A stretch of 64,000 nucleotides of DNA from Neoechinorhynchus agilis (Eukaryota; Animalia; Acanthocephala), in contig CM121341.1 in assembly GCA_051530055.1 (NCBI GenBank), forward strand, positions 14,548,784 to 14,612,783, written 5' to 3'. Positions 48,087-61,660 of the stretch are shown here, in pieces. Below the pieces are notes generated by a model that saw nothing but the letters and a program-made list of their open reading frames with translations, did not search any database and had not been told where the DNA came from. Both the position numbers and the translations under genes were made by a program. Position 1 is the stretch's first letter. Every line of letters begins with the position of its first letter.

Positions 48087-51000
48087 ATGCAAGTTTCTTT
48101 TTTCTGCCTATTTTCCGTTGTATGCCAGGTAGGAAAACCTAGAAAACTATAAGCTTTTCAATCAGGTTTTTGCAGGTAGCTTTAACCCGTGTTGTTGAAC
48201 AATGTATTTGGTTTGGAGAGGCTTCAAACAAGAGAAACTTTGTGGACGATGGAGCCCCAAGACGAATCGGTGATGAAGATCTGGTTTCGAAGCTTCTTAA
48301 AGTTTGCCCGCATTTTAATCAAAGTTAGCAGTTTGTTGTTCGTATGATAAAATAATCATTGAATAGGTCGGAATGATGAAGGGATCTTAAGCTGCTGCGA
48401 TCGGACGCAAATTGAAAATATTGTATCAAAAATTAGAATAATTAAACTGCTCGCTACTTATGATCAACAATGCATCGACTCCGTGCTTTTTGCAATCTGT
48501 GGAATCAGTTGTGATTATCGGCAAGCCAGTTATATGCGAGTAAGCGACACCGAGCAGCACGAAGGCGCCTTTGTGGTCACTAGCGTTGACTTGATTTTAT
48601 CTCAATCAGTTTTAGAGGAAATAAACAAAACATGCACTGGAACGTTAGTATGGCTTCTTGTTTAGTGTTTTGCCATCAAGTGCCACAGGTTACTTGGAAG
48701 AATGAACGTCATAAAACAACTGACCAGTCCAGATAACGGAGCTCCTGCTGCTTTTCATACCACCATCGTCGAAGGCAATGAGAAAGATCTCCGTACTGGT
48801 CTAATGCCGTACAGCTTAGATCTTTTCTCAGAGAAAAAGGTTTCTTTGTCGACAAGTGATTGGCTGGATAAATTATTAATTAACGAATCGAAAGATAACT
48901 TATTGTGTGACGGGCCATTTGGTATTTCTTGCCTTTATGATCCGTCATTTCATAAATTCTTTGGACGATGATCTTGTAGGGGGAATCAAACTCCTCTATT
49001 TTATGGAAATTATAGTCGCAGTCGTATGCACTTTGCTCATTATTGTGCTCATCATCTGCAATAATACACGAGCTTCAGCGGCGCTTAGAAATGAAAAGTC
49101 TAAAGTGAACATTAAGATGGAAAAAATATTTAGTCGCATTGGTCAAATTTGCACTCGTCATTCATTCAAAACTATTTTCGTTTCATTGATTCTTTGCGCT
49201 ATTCTTTGTTGTGGGAACATTTATTTCGAGATTACATCAGATCCAATCGAACTATGGGCAATTAGAGGTGGCAGAAGTTTAAAAGAAAAGGAATATTACG
49301 ATGAACATTTCGGACCTTTTTATCGATCATGCCAACTTTATTTTATACCAAAGTTTACAAATGCTAGCATATTTAAGATGGATTATTTTCAAGAACTTTC
49401 AGAAATACAAAACGATATACTTCAACTGAAAGCGGCATATAATAACGAAAGTGTAAGTCTTTCATCGATTTGTTGGAAACCTGTAAAAGACGACGCAGAC
49501 GGATGCATGATCATTAGTCCTGTTCAATATTTTGAAAAGAATTTAATGATTTTGAATCAAACAAAGGTATGGCGTGACCATTTATTCGGATGTATGAGAT
49601 ATCCCACTGAAAATGACTGTATACCAAAAAGTGGGGCATTTGTTGATCCGACGGTTGCGTTCGGTGGATTCAATGCACAAAACCCTGAATTAACTAAAAC
49701 GTTTATACTTACTATACTTATAGTGAATCAACGCGATGTGGATTATGTTAAACGTGTTGAGGCTTGGGAACAAGTATTTCTTGACTATGCAAAATCACTA
49801 TCCTCATTGAACTTTCGATTTACCTTTGCTGCCGATCGATCGATTAAAGATGAGGTGAATAGCGCTAGCAAGGCCGATCTTCTCACAATCGTATTAAGTT
49901 ATGTCGCGATGTTTGTATATCTCGGTGTGTTCCTTGGCTCGTTTCAATCCTTGAAGACAATTCTCGTTCATACTCGCATATCACTTGGTGTATGTGCCAT
50001 CTTAGTGATAATAATATCGGTTGTTTCGAGCTTTGGATTTTATTCCTACTTTGGATTTAAGACGTCCATTATTGTTCTTGAAGTTACTCCTTTCTTACTT
50101 TTGGCAGTAAGCTCAGGCGACAATTTTATTTTTGTGAAGAATTATATGAGAAAGTATAATTCGAATTCATTGCTATCAGTCGACGAAAGGGTGATTCGAA
50201 ACCTTGCAGAAATAGGCCCTAGCCTTTTATTATCTAGTTGCTCCCAAGTCTTAGCATTTGGAATCGGTGCTGCGATACCCGTCGGAGCTATACGAATATT
50301 CGCACTTTATTCGTGCTTTGCTGTTGCAGTCAAATTCGGTTTACAAATTACACTGTTTGTTTCAGTATTTGCTTTGGATTGCAGACGACAACACAGAGGA
50401 GATTTTGATGTGATTTGTTGTTTTGGAATAGAACAAACGTCGATAAAAAAGTACAAAAGTTGTAATTGCCGTCTAGAACAATCTATCGCTTTTATGGTAG
50501 CTAAGAAATATCTAAACTAGAAATCTTAGCCGCACTTTGTAGGGCGAGGAATCTCATGGACATAAAAATCTTTGATGTTAATTTGCATCTAAACAAGATT
50601 TACCATAGTCGTTAAAATTATGGGGTTAACGATGCTGCTTTATTTAGCAATTATATTTCCGTGGTCCTATCTTATCATTTTGTTTCTACTAAATCTGAAT
50701 TTGCGGGCAATCATGACAACAAATTGAAACTAAGTTTTGTTATGCAAATTAATCTGGCCAATTCGCATTTATCCCATTATGTCTTTAACTTTTTGTCCCA
50801 TAATTTAAAAAGAATAAAGCGATTGGTTGTTGAATACGAAGACTACTACTGTCCATTCCTTCTAAAACCATCGATAAAAGTACTAACGATGATCCTGTTC
50901 ATTGGATGGTTTATAGCATCCTTAGTCCTGATTCCAAAGGTTGAAGTCGGTCTTGATCAGAAAAGTACTTTTCCTAAAGAATCCTACCTCATCGATTATT

Positions 51001-52561
51001 TTCGTACGCTGGAAACCTACGCGTCCAGCGGTCCGCCTGCATACATTGTCATTCAAGATGGATATAACTACGACAATTTATTTGCAAGATCAGCATTATG
51101 TGGCTCCAGTGAATGCTCAAATCGGTCTCTTGTTTCCGAACTGCGAGACCTTCAAACGACCGATGGTGGACGGTATATCCAGACATTTTATCCGTTCTGG
51201 ATTGACAATTACCGGCTATGGGTTACGGACCGTCAATGCTGTCGGATGCTTTTTCGACATCGCCCTTGTTGGACCAGTGGAAATGGATTCACCAAGCGTG
51301 TTAGTCAGTATGCCGAATTCAGTGCTACGAAGACATGTAAGATTGAAGGACGTGGTCTTCATAAACCCGCCTTAGAAATTGTGGACAAAAAAGTGCGTGG
51401 TTTGTATCTGTTAGATGTGGTTCCATTTCTATTAATCGGATTTTTAGCATCATACTTAATGGTGACCACTCATTTGCCGAAAACAGACGACGATTACATT
51501 TACTCTCTTAAACTTACAAGGAAGTTTTCTGACCGAATGAGCAAGAGATTGGTTGACGCTGGACATATTCAGAGATCAGATAAAAATGGAATTAATCCCG
51601 TATTCGTCTACAGCAATTACTATATTTTCTACGAACAATATTTATATCTTGAGAGAATAACTATGATCGTTATCGGGTGCTCAATATGGGGGATCTCAAT
51701 TGCCACTTTTTTGTTGCTTGGAATGGATTTGAACTCTAGTATAATTGTCCTTTTAATCCTTTTGATGACAATGATCGATTTGTTCGGTACAATGTATCTT
51801 ACAGGAGTTCAACTAAATGCCGTTTCGGTAGTCAATCTTGTTATTGTGAGTACTTTTAAGGCAGGGCTTATATATTTGTCGCTTCAATTTGTACTAAAAG
51901 GCGGTTGGAATTTCGGTCGAATTCTACGTTCATATCATTCGTGACTACGCGATTACTGGAGTGAAGAATAAAACAAAAAGAATAACGCGAGTGCTGTCTA
52001 ATATCGGGTCTTCTGTAAGTATTCTAAAATGATATATTTATATAAAACTGCAACTATTTCGTTTTATTCTATCGCAATCTTCTAGACTTCGTGAACCGAT
52101 AGACACATGTAACCAATCATTTTACTGGATTCTCTGTAGAATATCGGCCTACAATGGCTTCTCATATTCCGAAAATCATTCAGAATATCAAATTTTAAAT
52201 CTTGCCGCAAAATCTATCGAATTCACTGCATTGACAAGTGCATTTACTCACTGTATTCACTTTTAGATATTCGCTGGAGTAACCGTTCCAGAAATGGTCA
52301 GTGTCGCAATGTTGTCGTCCGCTAGTTCCGAGATATTTCAAATTTATTTTTTCCGAATGTATTTTGCTCTGATCGCAATATGTACTCTGAAGGCTTTTGT
52401 ATTTTTACCTGTTCTGTTATCGTACTTTGGTAAGTCAAATACAAATCTTAATTGATAACTGAAAAGATGTTTATTTAGGAAAACCGATCGCCTGTGACGA
52501 TGATACTGATGAATATTCTATTAGGAAGGACAATAGTGAATCACACCAAGAATCCACGTGA
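48087..52561 (+). CDS. NPC1: Niemann-Pick C1-like sterol transporter, multi-exon
   Basis: CIWFG, SCCDRTQI, ITSDPIELWA, FGPFYR, RVEAWEQVFL, the sterol-sensing domain, EVGLDQK..FPKESYLIDYF, GPPAY, LNAVSVVNLVI|AVGISVEF and FLPVLLSYFG. NPC1 versus NPC1L1 orthology is not resolved. Confidence 0.88.
50476..50834 (+). other. Stem-closed intervening sequence in NPC1 (about 350-356 nt)
   Basis: AACAATCTATCGCTTT (50477-50492) matches the reverse complement of AAAGCGATTGGTTGTT (50816-50831) at 14 of 16 positions. GAA direct repeats lie at 50476 and 50832, and the ORF breaks here. Confidence 0.7.
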
Positions 52562-52749
52562 AATCATGGAAAAATCTTTAGCGACTGTAAGATAATTATA
52601 TTGCTTCTTGTGTACCTTGTTCTCCCGTAAATAAATTTCAGGAACTTTTTTCAGTAAATAGAATAAAAGAGAAATAATTTAGGGAGAACAATAACACTGT
52701 ATTCATCTGCATACTTTTTATAAACGTTCTGTTGGGAACGGCGAAACGT

Positions 52750-53200
52750 CTTTATCCTCCATTGCCTCGAAGATGTATCCAGGATTCCCTTTCTGAATCG
52801 CTGATTTTCAGATAAAAATAATTAACTGCACGGGCGCTGTTTGTTCCGATGGCAACAATTGTCTCAATGGTTTTCGGTCTTCCACCCTATCGGTAACATC
52901 ACCGGTTCAAATTGCAATGGATCTCACTTTACCGTTCTTTTAGCTAAGCTCAATCAATTTCGTTCCGAAAAATGATAGGCATCATTGAAGGCGCGATTTT
53001 ACCGCTGAGCATGGTTCGAGTAAGCTAGTCAAGCCATTTTATCAAGCGGTCCCCGATTCCACAACTCAACGTGTCAGTAAGGTCTCAAAGATGGAAGGGG
53101 CTCAAGCCGTCCATTGTGAAAGGCCAATAGTATTACAGATCACGATGTGTGGGATTTGAAGTCAGCGACTGCTGAGAAGGGTTCGGGAACTTGGCTGCAA
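52750..53200 (+). mobile_element. Possible highly degenerate CRE-like RT fragment
   Basis: Broken motifs resembling RPIAIGxTLRRLxAK (PVQIAMDLTL..LAKL) and GAEAAVH (GAQAVH). Confidence 0.3.
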
Positions 53201-53961
53201 GTTCACTGGCCTCAAAATTTAATTGATCCAGGATTTTCAAAACAACTATTTTGCGTTCAACAGGACGACATTTTATATTTTATCATTGTGCTTTGAAAAG
53301 AACGAAATTTCTTTAAGTAGGACGATAGCAACAAGATTTCGTCAGGTGGCACTTTCGTTCCACATGGAGAGCGTTGCAAACAAAATATTTAATCGATCTT
53401 CGATTTTTGAAACAACTTTTTCCTTCAATATTTCAACCACTTCTTAGACGGAAATGGGCTAATTATTAATTTTACTTTCCAAATTTTCACTGTTGCGAAT
53501 TTGCATCTAATAAATGCTCAAAATGTGGAAAGTGCCAAGGTTTTTGATTGCATTCGTTGATTCGATATTGACGCACAAACGAAAGTAATAATCGTAATTT
53601 CGATTCCTGTTGACCTCGCGAACAAGAAACATCGTAATGCAATTATTTTTAAGCTAACCGATAATCCACATAATGGACCTTATTTCTTTAGATCATCAGA
53701 AAAGCCAACTTTGAATTTTCCACAAATAAAACAGTGTTGTTTGTCTGGAGAATGCCAAGTTTTGTTTTTGAGAAATAAAATTTTTTGGCACAATGCCTGC
53801 TGCTAATTGTTTAATTAAAGACATAAAATTTATAGCAGGCGATTTATGTCGCCTTAATTTCGGTTGAAAATATTAACAGTTGTCATGGCAACGGATTTTC
53901 GCCCACGAGCATGTAGACGTTTGCTGTGCCTGTTTATCGATAGGTAACTGCTCACACATAT

Positions 53962-54855
53962 ATGACAGACAGGGTTGGGAAAGTTGAGATTTTCAAAGTT
54001 AAACGTACTACGATACGCGTGGACGAGGAAGCGTTAATTGTAAGCGTCGACGGGATTCGTAGATTTGAGGAAAGATTTAAATTGACTTCAACAGAAGTGA
54101 TTGAACGAGTTGAAGAAAAGGATTGTGGGCTTGGGTCACTCAGAGGAGTTTATGACGAAGTAAAAGAGTATAAAAAGCCAGATTTGCATAGATTGGCGAG
54201 CATTGACATCAATGAAAAGACATCCGAATCAAGCTATATGGAGCATGGAAAAAATTGTACTCCTTTAAATAGGCTACAGGGAAAGCGGCGTTTGTATTAC
54301 AATATAGACGAGGAGTTGATTAAACGAAGTAAACGAATGACACTTGGCAAATCTACAGTTTTAGAGGAAACATGCAGGATGGAGAACTTTATAAGTAACT
54401 CTGAAGAAGGGCATTCTTTTCATACAGAGAAGATTTCATCGCAGTTTGTAGAAAAAATCAAGAAATTTTCGTCACATAGCGATTGTACTTCCAATCAGGA
54501 AACGAAACTTAACGTTAGCCAATTCAATGAATCTGACTCTACGACCACGGACTTCAACAAAATAAAAGAAAATTCGAACGATGGTAAAAAATCGGCAGTT
54601 TTTGTGGACATTTGGGATGTCTCACCAAGAATTACAAGTACAGGAAACATTAAGTACGATCAGCATCGCTGGCGAGGAGGTAATGAAGAGACAAAAATCA
54701 CAAAAGAAGATTGTCTTGAGAAGCGAAAGCAGGCTGCGCGGGATGAGCGAAGACGATACCTGGATTCTGTAAAAACAAATCCACTATTGATGCAAAAGTA
54801 TGCATTTCACTTAATTGCTCAAAGGAATAAGGAACGAAATGCCAACCAAAAATAA
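53962..54855 (+). CDS. Hypothetical protein
   Basis: 297-aa charged ORF starting with ATG. No family recognised. Confidence 0.5.
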   Translation: MTDRVGKVEIFKVKRTTIRVDEEALIVSVDGIRRFEERFKLTSTEVIERVEEKDCGLGSLRGVYDEVKEYKKPDLHRLASIDINEKTSESSYMEHGKNCTPLNRLQGKRRLYYNIDEELIKRSKRMTLGKSTVLEETCRMENFISNSEEGHSFHTEKISSQFVEKIKKFSSHSDCTSNQETKLNVSQFNESDSTTTDFNKIKENSNDGKKSAVFVDIWDVSPRITSTGNIKYDQHRWRGGNEETKITKEDCLEKRKQAARDERRRYLDSVKTNPLLMQKYAFHLIAQRNKERNANQK

Positions 54856-56094
54856 ATGCTCCGAAGGACAAATCTCCGGATGGCTTAACAGTCCGAAGCG
54901 AGTGTCGGCGTATGTTGGCCAAAAAACTTTGAACCGATGGAAAATATAGAAGGACAAGTGTGTTCCGTTGCGATTAATAAAAATAGTATGTTTTTTGTTA
55001 GAGAAGTAATTCTAATATTTGATAGTTATTCTCGAATACGCATCAATGTGATTCTGTGTTTAGGATTAGAAATACAGATGATAATTGTTTGAACTTTTTA
55101 TGCGAAGAAAGGATGAAGGCGTTGGCATAATGCATTCGTGGAGATAATTTCAACTTGATAAAAGCTAGAAGGACTGATCTCAATCAATAAGCACCTAGAT
55201 AATAGTGATAATTCACTTTATTAAAACTAGCACTGATTGCGACAAGCTCATCGCCATTGAAGAAAAATGGCAAAGAAGCAATGAAAATAACTTCTTCCAT
55301 TCATCCGGCAGGAAACGCTCTGCATAGTGATTTACTATTCTGGGCTACGTTTCCATCTCCTAACATCCATAGCTTTCCGGTTGGTCAAATTACAATATAC
55401 TCAAAGTCCTTCCGCAATTATTTGCCATAGCTGCTAAATTGGTAAAAGAACAACGGCGACCTATAGAATAAAATGTATCAGCACATGAGACCTATGCACT
55501 GTCATGCAAATTTCGTGGTCCTTTGATACTGTCAAAAACTTTATGCAACGCTTGGCAGTAAATGAGAGGTCAGTGCATTCTACCCCTGATGTCAATATTG
55601 AAGAACTATTCTTTGAGTTCTGCAGTATTTCATTCTCGCTCGTACAAAACTTTCTCATTGACTAGTACTTTTCCCGCATGGCAGTCTTTGCTGGTTATCC
55701 TTCTCAGCAAATCGTGCCGAGACAATTCCAACGGGGGTCTTCTTGTGGAGAATTCGAGCGACGTCCTCTTATGGACGCAAGATACTTCGCGAATTCCGGA
55801 CTTAACGAATACAAATGGATATGTCGAAATTCAGCGTTGCCGAATGAATTTACTTCGAAGTTGAAACCATGTGCGTCAAATTCGGGATCATCCAAAAAGT
55901 CATCAAATTCAAAACTGACCGGATCGCGATCTGGATCATCCAGAACAAGTAATGGGGGATCTTCAAACCACTCATCGACAGTGTTTGACAGGACTAATAT
56001 GTTTAACATTGGACCAAGGAAATCTTATGACAGGAATATTGAAAAGCTCGCACATTAAAGCAGGATTCACAGGCTAGAATCTTTATGGTGAAAC

Positions 56095-56979
56095 TTGCCG
56101 GACGCTCTAAAGTACGACCCAACACCGATTATCCTAAGAAAGCCGCTTAGATCCACAACTCATAACGTCTATAGACAAAATATAATCATTCGTTACTTCA
56201 AACCGCCACAAATACAAAAGCCAGGACCAATAATTATCAGAGAAATTCGTGATCCTCAACCACCACCGGCACCTCCTTTGGTCATACGTCAAAGAATGCC
56301 ACCTCCAAAAACTCCACCGCCACTCATTCTTCGGGAACGTCCACCGAATCCACCTCCTTACATACCTCCACAGGTTATACTAAAAAAACTTCCCGCAAGA
56401 AGTCCGCCTCCCCGACAAGTAATAATTGAACGATTTCCTCCTTGCCCTCCTAAACCTCGTGATATTGTCATCGAACGGTGGTTACCTTATGATACTTACC
56501 AGAAAAGAGAAATCATATATGAAAGGTGCCAAGATGTCCCCTTATGTAAGCCTCCCAAAAATATGGTAATCGCTTATGAGCAAACGAAAAACCCAACCGT
56601 AATTAAAAGATGCGTGAGTCATGCTGGCATTACTAGAATGGAACCTGAGTACTATTTGAACAAATACGGTAATGCCATCTTATCCAAAGATGATATTTTA
56701 CGCAGAGTAAATAGCGAAGGAGTTGCTGATGATATTGCAAAAGCAGATTCTGTTATCATAGGAAAGCGAAGAAGGCATCAATCGGAATCAGTACCATACT
56801 CTCATGATTCACTCAATTCTAAGCCACAGGTTTCTTCGGAATTTATAAACGAACCAGATTTTACATCTTGGGATATCGCAAATCTCGATGAAACCACTAG
56901 TGGTGTTGAAAAACCATGCTGTGATGATTCTAATCCCATTTACAAGTCGATGTTAACTTTTGAGAGTCATAAGTGCTAA
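56095..56979 (+). CDS. Proline-rich uncharacterised protein (IRYxKPP / PPLVIRQ / ERPP / KPRDIVIERWLPY family); 5' exon probably the ORF at 55678-56058
   Basis: The repeated motif set DPTPIILRK, IRYFKPP, GPIIIRE, PPLVIRQ, PPLILRERPP and RDIVIERWLPY is diagnostic of a family of unknown function. Confidence 0.75.
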   Translation: MPDALKYDPTPIILRKPLRSTTHNVYRQNIIIRYFKPPQIQKPGPIIIREIRDPQPPPAPPLVIRQRMPPPKTPPPLILRERPPNPPPYIPPQVILKKLPARSPPPRQVIIERFPPCPPKPRDIVIERWLPYDTYQKREIIYERCQDVPLCKPPKNMVIAYEQTKNPTVIKRCVSHAGITRMEPEYYLNKYGNAILSKDDILRRVNSEGVADDIAKADSVIIGKRRRHQSESVPYSHDSLNSKPQVSSEFINEPDFTSWDIANLDETTSGVEKPCCDDSNPIYKSMLTFESHKC

Positions 56980-57525
56980 ATCCTAGGTTAAACTCCATAT
57001 ATGGTAGGTGTTGTGAGTCGTTCTTTGACGCCTGAAGCATATTGAGATAAAGTCGTCGCATAGATTGGTAATTATAGACGAACAAGTAGCAAAAATCAAC
57101 ACAGATCGTTCTTGCATCCCAAAGGATTGAAGACTTGTCAATCTATATGGATTCATTTGAAAAACCTTGGCCAGTCATAAAGGAAACAGCATTCCTAAAG
57201 TACAAAAATTATTGTAAATCTTGTAACCAGATATTTTTTCTGAAGATTGACCGTCTACTTCATTATACCCGATTTTGTCCTTGGAGACCATAAATACGAT
57301 TTAACCGAAAGAGCGATCCACACAATAGATACAGAATTCCGTTAGATTGTTATAAGGCTGGTTTAAAAATGCTTTACTTATTTTTCTAAATCATTGACCT
57401 AATTTAAATGTTTTTGTTCTAACATCGACATGTAATGCCATATAACCACTAGAGAAATAACACTGATCCCAAATGGTACTAAACGGGACCAAGGAGTAGA
57501 AATCGGAACGGCAAAAAACGATGGA

Positions 57526-57945
57526 ATGTCTTCGACGTCAGACATAGACAATCTTCGATTAGGAACGTATTGTTGTACTACATCGTTTGACAGTCTCGAC
57601 CATACGGATTTCCCAAATCGACCAAACGTAAGCTATCCGTTTGTTCCAACGGACAATGATTTTTGCTATGAAAACAAAGCCAATATGCTTTATTCGCGGG
57701 CAACTACTGTTTATCTTCCTAATTCACATACAAATCCAGAGATTTGCTCTTTGCAAGACGAGCAGCAAATTGCAAGGTATGATCATTTGATGCTCGGCAA
57801 AGATATAGGAGAAACAATCCGAAGGCGTCAGAGACACATTTCAATTGGAGATTTTGATTTTGGGATTATTGGAAATGAAACTAAAGAGCAGCAAACAGTG
57901 AACAATGCGCTAAGTCAAGAAAATGCCAAGCTCGAAGAAATTTAA
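57526..57945 (+). CDS. Hypothetical protein or exon
   Basis: 139-aa ORF starting with ATG. No recognised motif. Confidence 0.3.
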   Translation: MSSTSDIDNLRLGTYCCTTSFDSLDHTDFPNRPNVSYPFVPTDNDFCYENKANMLYSRATTVYLPNSHTNPEICSLQDEQQIARYDHLMLGKDIGETIRRRQRHISIGDFDFGIIGNETKEQQTVNNALSQENAKLEEI

Positions 57946-58170
57946 ATACTGAAATATACTTTTTGGTTTATTTGAGATTTAGAAACCATTTAGGGAAATT
58001 GTATCATCTTTAGGTGGTTTTTAACTTAAATCTTTAAATTTTTAAGATTTTAAGGTGTACGCTAAACGCTAAGATATTCGTGGGATGGAATAAAAGTCTC
58101 GCTTGATTTTAAATCTCTAACTTGAATGTATTTAAGTTAAATTTTTCGTGTTCTTCAAGTAGCAAAAGTC

Positions 58171-59289
58171 CTACAGAGAAATATCCTGGCGCTCTGTCAA
58201 TCCACAATATTCCATTGATTTAGTCCATAGTTTGTCAACGTTTTCCTGATTGGTTGCGGCCGAGCTTGTTTTGGCTTCCTTGCAGTCACTAAAGTATTTA
58301 CCAGTAACTTTGGATAATTGAGGACAAAGTGCGAGATGAATTGATGTTTGAGCTCCTTGCTCCGATGTTTTCATAAAAGGATCAATGATTGGACGAATTA
58401 TTTTGTTTAGAGCGTAATAGAACGAAGATTTTCCATACAGTTCATAGCCGAAATTTGTATCCACAGTGCCCGGGTGAAGCGAATTCGCTGTTACGTTCGT
58501 TCCTTTTAGTCTTTGAGCCAATCCATTGGTAAAAAGAATGTTGTAGAGTTTAGCGTTCCCGTATCCGTACCACGAAGAATTCTTAACCTCTTTCATATGA
58601 TCCCAATCAGGTTTACCAACTTTACTAATCATGAAATAGATTTCATCGATAAAAGTATACTTACATCGATGACCCAATGAAGAAACATTGATCACTCGTC
58701 CCTGTTCGGATTTTTTAATTTTCTCAAGTAGAAGGTACGTAAGGAGGAAGTGACCAAGGTGGTTAGCCTGAAAATGAATATCGAAACCATCTTTAGTTAA
58801 CTCGGGCGCCGTCATGATTCCTACAATCAGTTTTTCTTATAAACTTGAGAAGCAATGAGAAAGTCATGCCTGCATTATTTATGAGAATGTCGACTTTATC
58901 ATTCTCGTTAACTATTTCTGTGGCACATTTCTTAACTGATTCAAGAGAATTTAGATCAATAATTTTATAGCTGATATTCGCTCCAGGAAACTCTTGTTGC
59001 AGTAGGGCCACGGCTTCGGATACCTTCTGCTCGTTTCTGCACGCTAATATAAGCTTACATCCTTGAGAATTACACGAGTTTCGCAGGAAACATTATAAAA
59101 ACTAACCCCTGGGAGCTAACGCTCTTACTGTCTCAAAACCGATTCCGACATTTGCGCCAGTTATCACAACCGTTTTACCATCTAGACGAGTCGAGCACTC
59201 GCAATGGTCTAATTGGTGAAAATTGAATGGAATTTTTAACGTGAAATCTTACTGTTCTTTGCACAAGGAAGCGAATTGATTGCAGACAT
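58171..59289 (-). CDS. Short-chain dehydrogenase/reductase, RDH11-14/WWOX-like, multi-exon
   Basis: RLDGKTVVITGANVGIG, LILACRN, DILINNAG, FQANHLGHFLLT, YGNAKLYN, SLHPGTV, GAQTSIHLA and GKYFSDC. Introns are GT-AG plus one GC-AG. Confidence 0.9.
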
Positions 59290-60158
59290 TGGTTTTTTCA
59301 GGTCTAAAAATGTGAACGAGAAACCCAACTCAAGGTCGTTATAGTAATACTGACTAAAATTTCAGCAACATAAGTAAATATTAAAAAATTAACTCTGTTT
59401 AACATCTTTGTGGTGATTACTACAAGTAGCTTGATTTTACTATAGAGAATAAAACCCGGGTTCGTTGACTGTCAGATAAACGCTCTCGATCAGGGGTTTT
59501 AAAAACATCGTTCGCTTATGCTCAATGTTTTAGAAACCTTTGAACAGTCTGAGCGTAAGCGCTCATTATGCGTAATGAATGCACAAGACAAAAGGAGATT
59601 TTATCTTGATTTTTCTTGCTTGTTCAGATGACACAATGAAGTGAAAAAGATTTTAACCGGAGAAGCCAAAAAAGCAACAATGAATCATGCACCCCTGTCT
59701 CTTACACAAGTAGCATAATAGAGATCTACATAAACTAAAAGTCAAGCTTAAAATAGTTTTTCTTTTTCTCTTCACGAAAAAGCACTCTGATAGTTGTTTA
59801 GAAACAATCAAATAAGAGTCATTAATGCAGCAAAATCTAAACGTATAAGTAGAAATTCCTTTGGAGCAATTTTAAGTTATAATAGTCGAAACAGTTACCA
59901 AAGCTTTAGAGAGAAAGATCTATTTGTATCACAAAACAAAAGATATTTGACTTTCAGAAAGATATGAAAGCTAAAAAAAGTGATTTTGAAAAGAGACAAA
60001 ATACTGCCTTTTTGTTACTTTGAAAATCTACAAAAATTGTGTATTTAGTTAAAAGCCATTGGGTGTCCGACTAAGAAACGTTCGAAGGCATCAAGATGTA
60101 AAATTATAACCACGGGTTTTATTGGAAAAATATACATCTAATCTTCAATCTTGTTTTT

Positions 60159-61660
60159 CTAAAGGTTTATCGATTCTGTACAACTAGATTCACCATTTTT
60201 GCTTGCAAAGTTCAATTTCAGTTCCAACATCATGAGTCGTGGTAATATCCATTTGAATTTGGGCCTTTTCGCTGGTTCAATCTCACAACAAGACACAGCA
60301 ATCGCCATTAAGTCGTGTGGACATTGTGGACTACAGAGTTTTTGCTTGAACAGTTTAACATTCAGACCGAAATCCCCCGTCCGTGGCAAATGATCGGGAT
60401 CCGCATCTACACGTCCAATGATTTCGCATAAAACTATTCCATAGCTAAAGATATCAACTCTATAATCATAAGGTTTGTTTTTCAACATCTCAGGTGCCAT
60501 CCAAAACGGGCTGCCAACAATAGTGTTAAACCTCTGTTCTATATCATGGATAACCTCGTTGGATTCCATGCAAGAAAGGAGGTGTCGAAGCTTTCCTTGT
60601 CGCTTTCTGAATCTGACTGTATTTAGATCATCGAGAACATAACTAAGACCGAAATCAGCCACGACCACTCTTCCATTCTCTTTTACGAGGCAGTTATTAG
60701 AGTTAAGGTCTCGATGTACCACTCGTAATGAGTGAAGATAAGCCATTCCATCCGCAATGTCTTTTGCAAACGATACGCGTATTGACCAAGGCAAATATTT
60801 TTCACGGTCAGTGATAATGTTCTTTAGGGACCCACCACTTATGTATTCCACAATAAAACTAAGTTTATCTTGAGCTTGAAATATGACTCCGATAAATGAG
60901 AGGATGTTTGGATGGTTTATTCGACGAAGAAGTTGGATTTCCTGTCGAAATGTTCGTTTGCTGCTCTCAGTTACTTCTCGGATTTCTTTCATTACCATAA
61001 TCCGACCAGTTTTTCGATCAATAACCTTTCTGGCCACACCGTAAAACCCTTGCCCTAGTTCACCAATCACATCAATCTCACTCATAACAAAAGCACGGTA
61101 AGAAGCATTCAATGAGAGCTGTGTACTTTGACGTCTATTCCAGTGATTTCACATCACAGCGCCCCGGATGTGAAAATACTGATCTGCGGAATTCATACAA
61201 TGCATTCAAAGAACCCAGCTCTTGAGTTGATGATGACCGAATGGGACCGAAAGCAGGCTTTTTTTTGTTGGAAGATCCATCATTTAGCTGCTGCTTTGGC
61301 GCAAGCCGTCGATTGTCCAAGAAAAGATCGCTTTCCGATAGTCGATGTAGCTTTAAGGAAGCCAAAAAGACTGATAGGTGATTATCTTGGGCAAGGGAAC
61401 ATCGTCCCTTGCTTTGATCGAGCGATGATACCGACTCCATTTTTAAGGGTATCGAAGTAGTTCTCGCTGACAAACGTCTTATACAAGACTCACTGCGAAG
61501 CATATGGCTCGACAAGTTTTATTTAAGAAGTTTAAACGTACCATACTATGTCCACGTTTCTAATCAATGAACAATTCTGTTCATATGGAATAATTTGACC
61601 GCAAACAGAACATACGTAGCATTCCGGATGGCAGAATACTTTGGAGGCAATCTAGGTGGT
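60159..61660 (-). CDS. LIMK: LIM domain kinase (kinase domain plus an upstream LIM-domain exon; further 5' exons likely to ~61950)
   Basis: MVMKE, PWSIRVSFAKDIADGMAYLHS, HRDLNSNNCL, VADFGL and IIGRVDADPDHLPRTGDFGLN. The exon at ~61545-61650 encodes HPECYVCSVCGQII (LIM). Confidence 0.9.

Noticed and set aside
58850-58870. GC donor in the SDR gene as evidence of the unusual intron class
   Set aside because: GC-AG introns are a normal minor U2 variant, and this one is short with a standard acceptor and no stem.
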